Numbered from the stretch's first letter, positions 9,191 to 18,724 are shown. The stretch: DNA of 64,000 nt from Candidatus Sungiibacteriota bacterium (GCA_016432465.1 CP066690.1:57233-121232); one strand, 5' to 3'. Made by a program: numbers and translations. Notes: a model not told the origin generated them from the letters alone.

Positions 9191-10177
9191 TTAAATTTTT
9201 TTAGGGAAATAATCCGCCGGCGCTTCTGCAAGATATTCCTCAAGTTTTTTTCGCGAAAGCAGGCCTTCTCGCGCGCCAACATATTGCACCACGGACATAG
9301 AATTTATAGGAGCCCACCGTAACGCCTCGGGGACGTCTAAACCCAGACAAAGCGCTACGACAAAAGTTGAGGAAAAGGCATCTCCTGCGCCAGTACGTTC
9401 ATATGGAGGCTTGGGGTCGGGGTAAGAACGCATACTCCAAGCATTTTGACCATCAGATGCGTAAGCCCCGGCCGGACCGTCGGTAATCACTACTATTTTA
9501 GGACCGAGTTTATGCATCATTTGCAGTAATTTTTTAATTTCTTTTTCGTCGGTTCCCAAAATCCTCTGGGCTTCTTCTTTATTGCATAAAAACACATCCG
9601 AGCGCTCGTAAATTTTTTTCAAAACATCTTTTCCGGCCTTTATCTGGAAAGTGCCCGGCTGAAAAGCAAGTTTAATTGACGGATGGTCGTAAAGATACTT
9701 CTCTACTATTTTATGAAAAGGTAAAGAATTTCCTGCGAGGGACGAAAAATAGACCCACTTGGGTTTGTCTATTTCGGGAAGCGAATATTCAAACTCCTCA
9801 TGTTTTATCAAAATCGTGCGGTCATCCTCGTACCACAAAACATAATGGTAATTTGTTTTCTGGTCTTTATGGATTTTTATAAACTCCGTGTCTACTTTTT
9901 CTTTTTTTAACGCGTCCAAACATTCCTGCCCGAAATAATCATCCCCTATGTTGGAGACAAGCGCGCTTTTTAAACCCAAACGCGAGGCGGCAACCGAAGC
10001 ATTGGCGCTATTGCCTACGGCCGGCACTACATAGACTGCCTCATACGGAATTTTATCTTTGAAACGCATGCAAATAACGCATCGTTCCCTATCAATATCA
10101 CAATGCACCGATGCGTCTTTTAATCGTATAAAAGCATCGGTTGCGGTGTCGCCTATGGCAATGAAATCGTAAATCAT
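9191..10177 (-). CDS. PfkB-family carbohydrate/nucleoside kinase
   Basis: C-terminal TGAGDAFSSTFVVAL PfkB signature, N-terminal GG-box region. Confidence 0.75.
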   Translation of the reverse strand: MIYDFIAIGDTATDAFIRLKDASVHCDIDRERCVICMRFKDKIPYEAVYVVPAVGNSANASVAASRLGLKSALVSNIGDDYFGQECLDALKKEKVDTEFIKIHKDQKTNYHYVLWYEDDRTILIKHEEFEYSLPEIDKPKWVYFSSLAGNSLPFHKIVEKYLYDHPSIKLAFQPGTFQIKAGKDVLKKIYERSDVFLCNKEEAQRILGTDEKEIKKLLQMMHKLGPKIVVITDGPAGAYASDGQNAWSMRSYPDPKPPYERTGAGDAFSSTFVVALCLGLDVPEALRWAPINSMSVVQYVGAREGLLSRKKLEEYLAEAPADYFPKKI

Positions 10178-13100
10178 TTTAATAGTGTTGAGATTCGTTT
10201 AAGCATCCCTACAAAAGATTGCTGAATAGCTGCGAGGGTCCGCCTTATTGGACTTGAAGCGCTAATCTGTAGCCACGACACTTGCGCCACCGCCGCCCCT
10301 CCATTTTCATAATACTCCACTTTAATCCTGTGGGTTCCAGCAATGAGTGTTCTATCAAATATATAAGTGGTGGGGGCTTGGTCAAACCATTTATCAAGTA
10401 TAAGCGCTCCATCTATCCAAAGCCGCAGGCCGTCATCAGTGCGAGCGGTAAAACGATGGGTTCCGGCGGTAAAATCCCAATCCCCTTCCCAGCGGACGCT
10501 GAAGTTATCCGAAGGAATAGAAGAATCTGGAGAACCATTACCCCAATCAAAGCTAATGAGCTTATCAGTCCTGACAATCTTACGGTTGGTGAAGTTACGG
10601 CTGGCGTAGTACTCGCTTCTGAAGGCATTCCTCGGAATCGTCCCATTCTGACACGAGGCAATAAAATTATTTATTGGCGAATGCGCTCCGGCTGCCGGAT
10701 AGAAAACACGCACCCGATAGGACGCTCCATTCTGTAAGAGAAGCGGTCCCGAGACGCCGCTTAACCCGTTGAAGCCGTCGGGAGCAATCGTGCTTAAAGT
10801 TCCCGCAGGCAGGGATTTATTCCAAAAACCATTATTCCAATTATCATCATTATCAATATCAACTATGTAGCCTTGAGACCCGCGACCTGCTTCCGGCCAG
10901 GCAATCGTTGCTTTGGAAACGCCCCCTTCACAGAATGTATCTGCTGAAGGATTGGAAAGTACAGAGGGTGTCCCGGGAAGAGTGGCGTTAATTATTGGCT
11001 CAAGCGTGGGACAGGTCCAAATCCGTACTTCTGCTTGTCTTAGGCCCGAGCTATTCCAAACTGACCTCTGCCATCCTCCTGCGGGCCCTTGAGGACCTGC
11101 AGTAAAATGATCATGCCCGTACATTATAAAACCCCAATCATAACTTGCTCCGGGAGGCTTATCTCCGGGACCAACATCTATTCCCCACGGCTCATTGAGA
11201 TTGGGATTCGGAGGCGAAGAAAGCACCAGTATCCACCGAATCCCGACCTCTCCCCCGAGGTCAAGCTTTCGCAAGGCGCTTATTTTCATACCAAAAGGTC
11301 CGGGTGTACCGCCCGTAACCTGCTGCCAGCTTTTAAATTGGCACGGCGCGGGCGCGTAATTTGCCGGTTTTTGCCAAAGCCACCAGTTATCAGTGGAACG
11401 ATTGTCCGCTCCCAAAGAATACGTTTTCCCCAAATCTCCCGGAAGCGCAACGCTATTTGCGGCCAACGGCAAAATGTCGGGAAATTTGGTATTTTCCGGC
11501 CAAAATACTCCACCCCAGCCTGGATTTCCCGGACCATCAAACCAGTTAGACGGGTTTTTGCGCTGTCCCGTCTCGGCAATCCCCCAAAATGTGCCGTTAG
11601 TCCCCCAAACATCAAGAACCGGCCAATCAAGAGCGCCGCCTTGGTCAGTCGCATCCAATATCATAGAAAGCCATCTGCCGGTGGCAAATTCTAAACGGTT
11701 TTGCGGTCCAAAATCTCCGTCGTCAACTTGTTTAAAAAGACCGGGTTTTTTGAAACGATTCCCCTGATACTTCTTTCCAAATCCAGCTATTGCTTCCCAC
11801 AGATTAATCTGTACCGGAGGAAGACCTTCGGGGAGCGGTAGCAGATCAAACGCTTCTTTAATGTTTGCTTCCGTTACTTTTACAGCTGATATATTTTCCC
11901 ACCTAGCCGTGGAGGCCGTTGCCGGCAGCCAGTCCAGACTTGCCACTGCCGCCCCTCCATTTTCATAATACTCCACTTTAATCCTGTGAGTTCCCGCGGT
12001 TAGTGTTCTATTAAAGGTGTAGGTGGTTGGGGCTTGGTCAAACCATTTATCAAGTATAAGCGCTCCATCAATCCAAAGCCGTATGCCATCATCCGTACGA
12101 ACCGCAAAGGTGTAGATTTCAGCGGCAAAATCCCAATCCCCTTCCCAGCGGACGCTGAAAGTGTCCGGCGCAATAGCCGGGTCCGGTGAACCAGTTCCCC
12201 AATCAAAACGAATCCCTGCGTCTATTCTGGTAAGTATCTGCCCGGTAAAATCGCGATTATTGAAATACGTGCCAAAAAAAGTATTTTTTGAAATTCCGGC
12301 AGGATGTATCACTACTTTATCCTGTCTGATATAGGCAATGTCATACCACCAGACACGAAACTCCAAAGCGTGATTTAGAATAGAAGTAAAATCAAGCCCA
12401 AAAGGCTGGTAGGTAAGGGTTGAAGTAAATTCACGACGCCGTATATCCCGTTCTACCAATATTTTACCGTCGGTGGAATCAAAAATATCAAGTCTCACTA
12501 CTGGAAAATCGTCAGCGGTATTATTATCAATCATCAAATAGAAATCAGCTGTCGTGGCCCCTGCCGGAAGACTACGGACGTAAGGACCATAAGAGAGATG
12601 ATTTTTACTATCTTGGGCAGTATTTACAGACCAGCCATCTGCCTCCGACCGTCCAATACGATGGAGCATGTCTTTTTCTGCTTCAAAGACCCACCCAGCC
12701 GGCAAGAATTCTGACGTATAAATGGGGGTTGGTGCAGTTGTGATTGTGGGTGTAGGTGTAGGTGTGGGTGTTGGAGTTGGTGTAGGAGTTGGGGCCGGCG
12801 CAACAGTTGTAGTTGGCGATGCTTCATTCAAGACCTGCCAAGAAACATTGGCCAGCGCTGCCCCGCCATTCTCAAAATATTCAACTTTAACCCTGTGATT
12901 TCCCGCAGCTATAACCCTATCTATGGTATAAGTAGTTGGTCCCTGGTCAAACCATTTATCAAGAATTACCTCGCCATCCAGATACATCCGCATACCGTCA
13001 TCGGTTTTTACGGTAAATCTATAAGTTCCCGTTGCGGCAAATGACCAATCACCTTCCCAGCGGACGCTAAAAGTGTCTGGGGCAATTGACGGATCCGGGG

Positions 13101-13320
13101 AGCCCAAACCCCAATTAAAATTTATATTAGAGTCAGTGCGAACAAATTTAAGATCGGTTAAGTCTTTATTGTCGTAGTAAGAGGCGGTAAAGGAGTTAGC
13201 CGCGACTGCGGAAAGAGACTGTATTGTTTCCGGACTTGTGGTTTGAGCAAAAGCCAAAAGCGGAACTGCCATCAAAGTTCCTAAAAATATGATTGAAAAA
13301 AGGGGGGGCGTAAATTTCAC
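10174..13320 (-). CDS. secreted protein with three PA14 domains and PT-repeat linker
   Basis: signal peptide; PA14-like blocks (FTxxTDDGxRLWIDGxLILDKWFDQxPTTY...HRIKVEYYENGG) x3; PTPTPTPT linker; central glycoside-hydrolase-like region. Confidence 0.7.
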   Translation of the reverse strand: MKFTPPLFSIIFLGTLMAVPLLAFAQTTSPETIQSLSAVAANSFTASYYDNKDLTDLKFVRTDSNINFNWGLGSPDPSIAPDTFSVRWEGDWSFAATGTYRFTVKTDDGMRMYLDGEVILDKWFDQGPTTYTIDRVIAAGNHRVKVEYFENGGAALANVSWQVLNEASPTTTVAPAPTPTPTPTPTPTPTPTITTAPTPIYTSEFLPAGWVFEAEKDMLHRIGRSEADGWSVNTAQDSKNHLSYGPYVRSLPAGATTADFYLMIDNNTADDFPVVRLDIFDSTDGKILVERDIRRREFTSTLTYQPFGLDFTSILNHALEFRVWWYDIAYIRQDKVVIHPAGISKNTFFGTYFNNRDFTGQILTRIDAGIRFDWGTGSPDPAIAPDTFSVRWEGDWDFAAEIYTFAVRTDDGIRLWIDGALILDKWFDQAPTTYTFNRTLTAGTHRIKVEYYENGGAAVASLDWLPATASTARWENISAVKVTEANIKEAFDLLPLPEGLPPVQINLWEAIAGFGKKYQGNRFKKPGLFKQVDDGDFGPQNRLEFATGRWLSMILDATDQGGALDWPVLDVWGTNGTFWGIAETGQRKNPSNWFDGPGNPGWGGVFWPENTKFPDILPLAANSVALPGDLGKTYSLGADNRSTDNWWLWQKPANYAPAPCQFKSWQQVTGGTPGPFGMKISALRKLDLGGEVGIRWILVLSSPPNPNLNEPWGIDVGPGDKPPGASYDWGFIMYGHDHFTAGPQGPAGGWQRSVWNSSGLRQAEVRIWTCPTLEPIINATLPGTPSVLSNPSADTFCEGGVSKATIAWPEAGRGSQGYIVDIDNDDNWNNGFWNKSLPAGTLSTIAPDGFNGLSGVSGPLLLQNGASYRVRVFYPAAGAHSPINNFIASCQNGTIPRNAFRSEYYASRNFTNRKIVRTDKLISFDWGNGSPDSSIPSDNFSVRWEGDWDFTAGTHRFTARTDDGLRLWIDGALILDKWFDQAPTTYIFDRTLIAGTHRIKVEYYENGGAAVAQVSWLQISASSPIRRTLAAIQQSFVGMLKRISTLLK

Positions 13321-14318
13321 TTTCTTGCAATTACTTTTTTCACCGCTTCTTTGATATTACTTACCCCCATCCCAAAATGTTCAACTAACTCTCTGGGTTC
13401 ACCTGATTCACCAAACCGATTTTGCACCCCTATAAATTCCATGGGTACGGGATAGTGCCTTGCTAAAATTTCAGCAACCGCAGAACCCATGCCTCCCGCG
13501 ACTTGATGCTCTTCAACAGTGACCACATATCCCGCATCTTTGGCTGCTTTAACTATGGTTTCCTCATCCATAGGTTTTATGGACGGGCTATTGACTACCC
13601 TTATTGAAAACCCTTCTTGCTCAAGTTCCGAAGCGGCCAAAATCGCATTATGCGTCAGCGGACCGCAGGCAATAATTGAAACATCCGGCTTTTTCCCCGA
13701 TTCCTGCCAAAAAACCTGCGCTTTTCCAATTTCAAACGGCGTCTCCTCTGTAGTAAATACCGGGGTTTTTTCGCGGGCGTAACGGCTGTAACACGGGCCT
13801 TCAACTTTGGACATAGCATAAGTCACTTTCTTTGCTTCCCACATATCACAGGGCGCAAAAACCTGCATATTTGCAATTGGCCGCATAAGGGCAATATCTT
13901 CAATGGCTTGGTGCGTTGCGCCATCCGGTCCCACGGAAACTCCGGCATGCGCTCCTCCGATTTTTACGTTCGCCTCGTTATAGGCAATGGTGGTGCGAAT
14001 CTGTTCCCAGTTTCTGCCCGGACTAAACATGGCATAACTTGCAATAAAAGGAATTTTACCCATAAGCGACATTCCGGCGGCAACCGACGCCATATTCTGC
14101 TCCGCCACTCCCATTTCCACAAATCGCTCCGGAAATTTTTTGGCAAATGCTTCAGTACGGGTTGATTCGGTAAGGTCTGCGCAGAGTGCCACCACATTCG
14201 GGTTTTCGTCCCCGGCCTGCAGTAATCCCAAACCCCAACCATCTCGTGTGGGTTTTTGCTCAAGAGACTTCAGGTCAAGAATATTCTCAACCAATTTCAT
14301 TTTAGAATTAATCGGCAT
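13317..14318 (-). CDS. transketolase, C-terminal section
   Basis: pyrimidine-binding and C-terminal domains of TK; split-gene form. Confidence 0.85.
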   Translation of the reverse strand: MPINSKMKLVENILDLKSLEQKPTRDGWGLGLLQAGDENPNVVALCADLTESTRTEAFAKKFPERFVEMGVAEQNMASVAAGMSLMGKIPFIASYAMFSPGRNWEQIRTTIAYNEANVKIGGAHAGVSVGPDGATHQAIEDIALMRPIANMQVFAPCDMWEAKKVTYAMSKVEGPCYSRYAREKTPVFTTEETPFEIGKAQVFWQESGKKPDVSIIACGPLTHNAILAASELEQEGFSIRVVNSPSIKPMDEETIVKAAKDAGYVVTVEEHQVAGGMGSAVAEILARHYPVPMEFIGVQNRFGESGEPRELVEHFGMGVSNIKEAVKKVIARK

Positions 14319-14324
14319 ACCTTT

Positions 14325-14879
14325 TCACTTTTTACGCAATGCATTCAGAATATTTAGGGTTGAATGAATTTTTGCCCATTTTCTTAAATATTTCCAGTTG
14401 AGTCTCTTTTGAAATTTAATAACTACTTCAACATCTCGTAACTGAAGTTCCGAACCGCTTTCTTTATGCCAACGCAGTTTATTTAAAATAAGATCCTCCG
14501 GGGATATAAAATAAATCTTTCTCCCGGCAATTATCCTTGACACCCGTCGCTGAAGCTCCTCTCTTGAAAATTCGTCCTTCTTGCTAACCCAAAAGTCCAC
14601 CTTAATCCCGGACTCCACATGAATAAAATTAAATTCACCCTTGCGCTCAAATGCTCTTATAACCATACGCTCATCCACATAGCTCATTTCCGAAATCCCT
14701 CTTAGCGCAGCCGTAAGTTTCCCAATCTGCGGTTCAAAAAGTTCAATAATCACATCAATGTCAAGCGTAGAGCGTGGTTTCCCCCACACTGATACGGCAT
14801 AACCTCCGGTCACAGCGTAAGGAATTCGGAGGCGCTCAAGAATTTCTGCGACTTTTCCGAGTAGCTCTCGAAAATCCAT
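14325..14879 (-). CDS. minimal nucleotidyltransferase-fold protein (Pol-beta superfamily, AbiEii/MNT-like)
   Basis: N-terminal GGYAVSVWGKPRSTLDIDVII = hG[GS]...DxD NTase motif. Confidence 0.5.
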   Translation of the reverse strand: MDFRELLGKVAEILERLRIPYAVTGGYAVSVWGKPRSTLDIDVIIELFEPQIGKLTAALRGISEMSYVDERMVIRAFERKGEFNFIHVESGIKVDFWVSKKDEFSREELQRRVSRIIAGRKIYFISPEDLILNKLRWHKESGSELQLRDVEVVIKFQKRLNWKYLRKWAKIHSTLNILNALRKK

Positions 14880-15203
14880 GAGGGTTCCCTAATTTATTAA
14901 GTTCCCGGAGAAACATTGAAAAATCGGAGGCGTATTTCAATCTTTTATCCGCCGACATTTTTCTAAAAATATCGTCTTGGGTGTCCTGGGCTGATTTTCT
15001 ATATAATTTTTCCATTTTTTATTTCTTTACCCCCAAATAAGAAAAGGTGGTACTCAATTTGTTTATTTCAGTTATGGCTTTATTTGCTTCGCTTAACAGA
15101 AAAAGTGTCGTACTAATAGCAAAAATTACAAGCACAAAAAAATGTAGCGCCGAGCGTTTCGATGAACTCATGACTGTAATAGAGGTTATCTAAAAACCCC
15201 TTA

Positions 15204-15322
15204 TTCTACTGCAATTGCAGAATTTTGGCTACGGCTTCGTCCGTCCTCCTCGGCGTATATTAGCCATATACGCCTTCGTCGTCCGTCCTAGCCTCACTCA
15301 AAATTCTGCAATTTCGCTACGA
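15204..15322. repeat. conserved ~120-nt hairpin element, copy 1
   Basis: arms ttctactgcaattgcagaattttggct / ctcaaaattctgcaatttcgctacgaa around inner palindrome cgtatattagccatatacg; second copy at 43450-43608. Confidence 0.7.
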
Positions 15323-15352
15323 AACGGAGTTCTTAGATGACCTCAAACAGAC

Positions 15353-15565
15353 TTAAAACGCGGTTCCGCCTCCTTTATGATAAATCGCCCCGAGCTTCAG
15401 CCAAATCGCAATCAAAACCAGCACAATCGCGTCGTTAAACCAGTGGTCCGAGGTATACCCAAATGCAAAACCGCGCGCCTCGGCAATCCAGGCAAGAACC
15501 AAAGACAGCACCCCCAAAAGACCAACCACAATACTGATTTTTGTTAGATTGTTAGCTTTATTCAT
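15353..15565 (-). CDS. small membrane protein (2 TM)
   Basis: 70-aa hydrophobic ORF. Confidence 0.4.
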   Translation of the reverse strand: MNKANNLTKISIVVGLLGVLSLVLAWIAEARGFAFGYTSDHWFNDAIVLVLIAIWLKLGAIYHKGGGTAF

Positions 15566-15580
15566 AATTAATATTTACTA

Positions 15581-15844
15581 CTACTGTTGTCCTCCGCCAG
15601 AACCGCCGCATGTACCGCAGCCGTACTGCCCGTGATGCTTTTTAAGACCGAGGGCAAGTACTCCGCCTACGAGCGCGTTCCAATACCATGTAGTAACCGT
15701 AACTCCCAAAAACTCTCCGCTGCGTAGATAAGCAATCAGGCCGCCTATCAAGGCAAAAAACGCCAGACCCCACAAAATCTTGCCAAGCATGGGCTTGGAG
15801 CAACACTTCATATGCCATTTATCATGCATTATCCCTTGCATCAT
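15581..15844 (-). CDS. small membrane protein with Gly-rich/CxxC tail
   Basis: 87-aa ORF, TM helices, C-terminal GCGTCGGSGGGQQ. Confidence 0.4.
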   Translation of the reverse strand: MMQGIMHDKWHMKCCSKPMLGKILWGLAFFALIGGLIAYLRSGEFLGVTVTTWYWNALVGGVLALGLKKHHGQYGCGTCGGSGGGQQ

Positions 15845-15882
15845 AGATTTAAAAATTATTAACTATACGACCTTTAAGAAAT

Positions 15883-16770
15883 TTACTCATGTTCGCTATG
15901 GATTTTCCCACCGAGCGTTCGTAATCTTGAAAGAAATTCTTTGGTTTGTTCCGCGGCGGGAAAAACATCCGTGGGTCCCTTACCAGGAGGCACGCCATGC
16001 CATCGGTAATCAAATTCAATCTCCGGTACCCCCTTTCCCGGAACGGTATGCGCGATAACAACCACCGGTTTTTCAAAAATTCCCTGCGCGGTCTCATACG
16101 CATTAACAATCTCTTCAAAATTATGACCGTTTATTTCAAGAACGTGCCAATTAAAAGACTCGTATTTGGCGCGCAACGGCTCAAGCGGCATAATATTTTC
16201 GGTCATTCCGTCAATCTGAATATTGTTGCGATCAATAAGCGCGGTTAAATTATCAAGTTTCAGTTTGCCAGCAAGCATGGCCGCCTCCCAAGTTTGCCCT
16301 GCTTCTTGTTCGCCATCTGACATCAAACAATATATATTAAATTTCTTTTGGTCCATTTTGGCGGCAATGGCCATACCTACTGCCTGCGAAAGTCCTGAAC
16401 CCAAGGGCCCGGAAGTTGTTTCCACGCCCGGAAGAGCAGTACGATGCGGGTGGCCCTGAAGACGCGTGCCGAGTTTTCGCAATGTTTTTAATTCTTCCAC
16501 CGTAAAATATCCCGCACGAGCCATGGCGGCGTAACGTACGGGGCAGATGTGCCCGTTGGATAAAATTAGCCGATCACGTTCCGACCAATCCGGATTTTTA
16601 GGGTCATGACGCAAAATATGAAAATAAAGCGCTGTGAAGATATCGGTCATGCCCAGCGGCCCGGCAGTATGTCCAGATCCTGCTTCGGTCAACTCCATCA
16701 CAATATCCTGACGGATGGTATTGGCCATCTCTTCCAGAAATTTGATTTTATCATCGTGTAAATGAGACAT
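15883..16770 (-). CDS. transketolase, N-terminal (TPP-binding) section
   Basis: GSGHTAGPLG and SNGH motifs of TK N-terminal domain. Confidence 0.85.
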   Translation of the reverse strand: MSHLHDDKIKFLEEMANTIRQDIVMELTEAGSGHTAGPLGMTDIFTALYFHILRHDPKNPDWSERDRLILSNGHICPVRYAAMARAGYFTVEELKTLRKLGTRLQGHPHRTALPGVETTSGPLGSGLSQAVGMAIAAKMDQKKFNIYCLMSDGEQEAGQTWEAAMLAGKLKLDNLTALIDRNNIQIDGMTENIMPLEPLRAKYESFNWHVLEINGHNFEEIVNAYETAQGIFEKPVVVIAHTVPGKGVPEIEFDYRWHGVPPGKGPTDVFPAAEQTKEFLSRLRTLGGKIHSEHE

Positions 16771-17482
16771 TTTTTAGTTGATTAACCGCAGTTTGAATAT
16801 CGAAACTATTAAAAATATAAGCTCCGGCCACAAGCAAATTAGCCCCTGATTCAACGGCTTTTTTGGCTGTTTCGGGGTTTATCCCCCCATCTACCTCTAT
16901 TATACACCCGGGGCAGGATTTGCGAATGTGGATAATTTTATCGTAAATTTCTTCCTGTATTTGCTGGCCAGAAGGGCCGGGGTGAACGGCCAAAGTCTGA
17001 TAGATATCAACTTTTTTAAACCATGGCTCAAGCTTTCCCCAAAATGTTTCCGGGTTTATAGCTAAACCTACTTCTACATCGGCCTCACGGCATTTTTTAA
17101 CAATCAAGTCTATGTCGGATACGGCTTCCAAATGGACAATGACGCGTTTTATTGGTTTAACCAGCCATTGGTCAATAACTTTCTCCGGTTCGCTGACCAT
17201 CAAATGAACCTCTACATTCAACTTTGTATCCAAAAGTGGCAAATCCGCAGGATTGTGCCACGTTAAATGTTTAGAAAAAATGCCATCCGTAACATCAAGG
17301 TGGCACCATTTAACATAGGGCTCTACTTTTTTAACCCGTTCCTGCACCTCCTCAAAAGTGCGGACGTTGATGGAGGGGATAATTTCAATTCGGTTCAAAG
17401 TTATAAGTTTAAAGTTAAGGTTACAAGTTTTTAGTCTAAGTTTTAACCTTAACAATAAACTAAAAACTAAAACTTTGAACAT
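16751..17482 (-). CDS. rpe: ribulose-phosphate 3-epimerase
   Basis: RPE fold conservation (IIPSINV..., HLDVTDG, VHLMV, EVDGGI); annotated N-terminal 30 aa are encoded by a palindromic repeat, true start probably near 17388 (TTG). Confidence 0.8.
   Translation of the reverse strand: MFKVLVFSLLLRLKLRLKTCNLNFKLITLNRIEIIPSINVRTFEEVQERVKKVEPYVKWCHLDVTDGIFSKHLTWHNPADLPLLDTKLNVEVHLMVSEPEKVIDQWLVKPIKRVIVHLEAVSDIDLIVKKCREADVEVGLAINPETFWGKLEPWFKKVDIYQTLAVHPGPSGQQIQEEIYDKIIHIRKSCPGCIIEVDGGINPETAKKAVESGANLLVAGAYIFNSFDIQTAVNQLKNVSFTR
17392..17480. repeat. AT-rich nested-palindrome element (aagtttaaagttaagg... family)
   Basis: gttcaaagtt...aactttgaac and aagttaaggtt...aaccttaac arms; related copies inside 23S gene. 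Confidence 0.6.
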
Positions 17483-17493
17483 TAAACATTAAA

Positions 17494-17949
17494 CTATCGA
17501 AAATTATGCTCCTCAATCTCCTCAATTTTCTTGAGCCGCCTAATGTGCCTTTCCTCACCACTAAAACTCTTTCCCAACCACACAGTCACAATATCTTTTG
17601 CCTCTTCCGACTCCAGCCAATCCGAGGCAAGAATCAAAACATTAGCATCCTCGTGTTCACGTGATTGCGCCGCAACCTGCCGGTTAAAGCATAAAGCCGC
17701 CCGAATGGAGCGGTATTTATCGGCAACCATATTCATTCCGTGCCCGGAGCCGCAAATAAAAATCCCCTTATGCAATGACGGGTTCTCTGCTATCTTTTCA
17801 GATGCCTCACGAGCAAAATCCACATAATCGTCATCTTTGTCGTAAGAAAATGCGCCCACGTCCTCAACCTCGTGTCCCTGCTCAACTAAATATTTTTTAA
17901 GCTCTTCTTTTAGCTTAAACCCCCTGTGGTCCGCGGCAAAGTAGATCAT
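17494..17949 (-). CDS. rpiB: ribose-5-phosphate isomerase B
   Basis: MIYFAADHRGFKLKEEL... and CGSGHGM motif of RpiB/LacAB family. Confidence 0.85.
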   Translation of the reverse strand: MIYFAADHRGFKLKEELKKYLVEQGHEVEDVGAFSYDKDDDYVDFAREASEKIAENPSLHKGIFICGSGHGMNMVADKYRSIRAALCFNRQVAAQSREHEDANVLILASDWLESEEAKDIVTVWLGKSFSGEERHIRRLKKIEEIEEHNFR

Positions 17950-18019
17950 AACTATAGTATACTGCCTACTATTGGAAATTAAAATACGGGTTTTTCGAGA
18001 AAACCCGCGACTTGACTTG

Positions 18020-18346
18020 CTATGCTGAGACGAGTTGATTTCTCAACCAATCGGGTATGCCAAACCAATACTCCTTTCCACCTACGCTGCTTAGGCCCTT
18101 CTCTTCTACCAGAAGTCCGGCCCGTCTCAACATTGAAGTAATTGATACAACAGTATCGCAGTCTATGCCAAGTTTTTCAGCTAGTTTCTGGTTAAGATCG
18201 GGCGCCGGATGACCAGACCCAGAAGGATGGAAGTACACCTGATAGTACTCTCGAAAATACTCAAGTATTTTGCGCATAGACTCATCTACAGTAATACCTC
18301 GGGATTCAAAAAAACTGACGAGCTTTTTCATCTCAACGGTAGCCAT
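18020..18346 (-). CDS. hypothetical protein
   Basis: 108-aa ORF, no family recognised. Confidence 0.45.
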   Translation of the reverse strand: MATVEMKKLVSFFESRGITVDESMRKILEYFREYYQVYFHPSGSGHPAPDLNQKLAEKLGIDCDTVVSITSMLRRAGLLVEEKGLSSVGGKEYWFGIPDWLRNQLVSA

Positions 18347-18399
18347 CTAATCCTCCACACAGTGTGTGCCAATAATAATGGTAGCATACTATATAAAAG

Positions 18400-18720
18400 C
18401 TGACAAGGTTTTCAAGCATGCTCCCCGCGAGCCGGAGGAAATATGCTTTTAGCGAGTCGGATGTGACCCTAAATAGCTGGTCGAGACGTTTTGTCTTCGA
18501 GGGCCTGATGAGCCGAGGCCGTTTATGCTCCCCGCGAGCCGGAGGAAAGTGTTCTAGCGAGCTAATTGTGGTCGAGGTTATTTCAATTTCAGACAATGGG
18601 AGGAGAAGTTTGCTTGGTTCGCTCCGAAGGAGCGAAAACTTCGACGACCCTTAGCGAGTCCCGCGCTGGACGGGACGAGTCGTGTCTGAAATTGAAATAG
18701 CCGAGGGAACCACAAGGGCG
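18400..18720. ncRNA. candidate structured ncRNA / leader (unclassified)
   Basis: two direct repeats atgctccccgcgagccggaggaaa (18416, 18524), 17-nt inverted repeat tttcaatttcagac/gtctgaaattgaaa (18582-18598 vs 18680-18696) enclosing nested GC hairpins; no convincing ORF. Confidence 0.35.
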
Positions 18721-18724
18721 AGCA

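Noticed and set aside
16751-17482. rpe N-terminal 30 residues (MFKVLVFSLLLRLKLRLK...)
   Set aside because: Encoded by the AT-rich palindromic repeat; low-complexity Leu/Lys translation of the repeat, not part of the RPE fold
18490-18545. CUGAUGAG hammerhead-ribozyme core motif
   Set aside because: No GAAA box and no three-stem junction around it; the flanking GGCC...GGCC is self-complementary rather than hammerhead stem II
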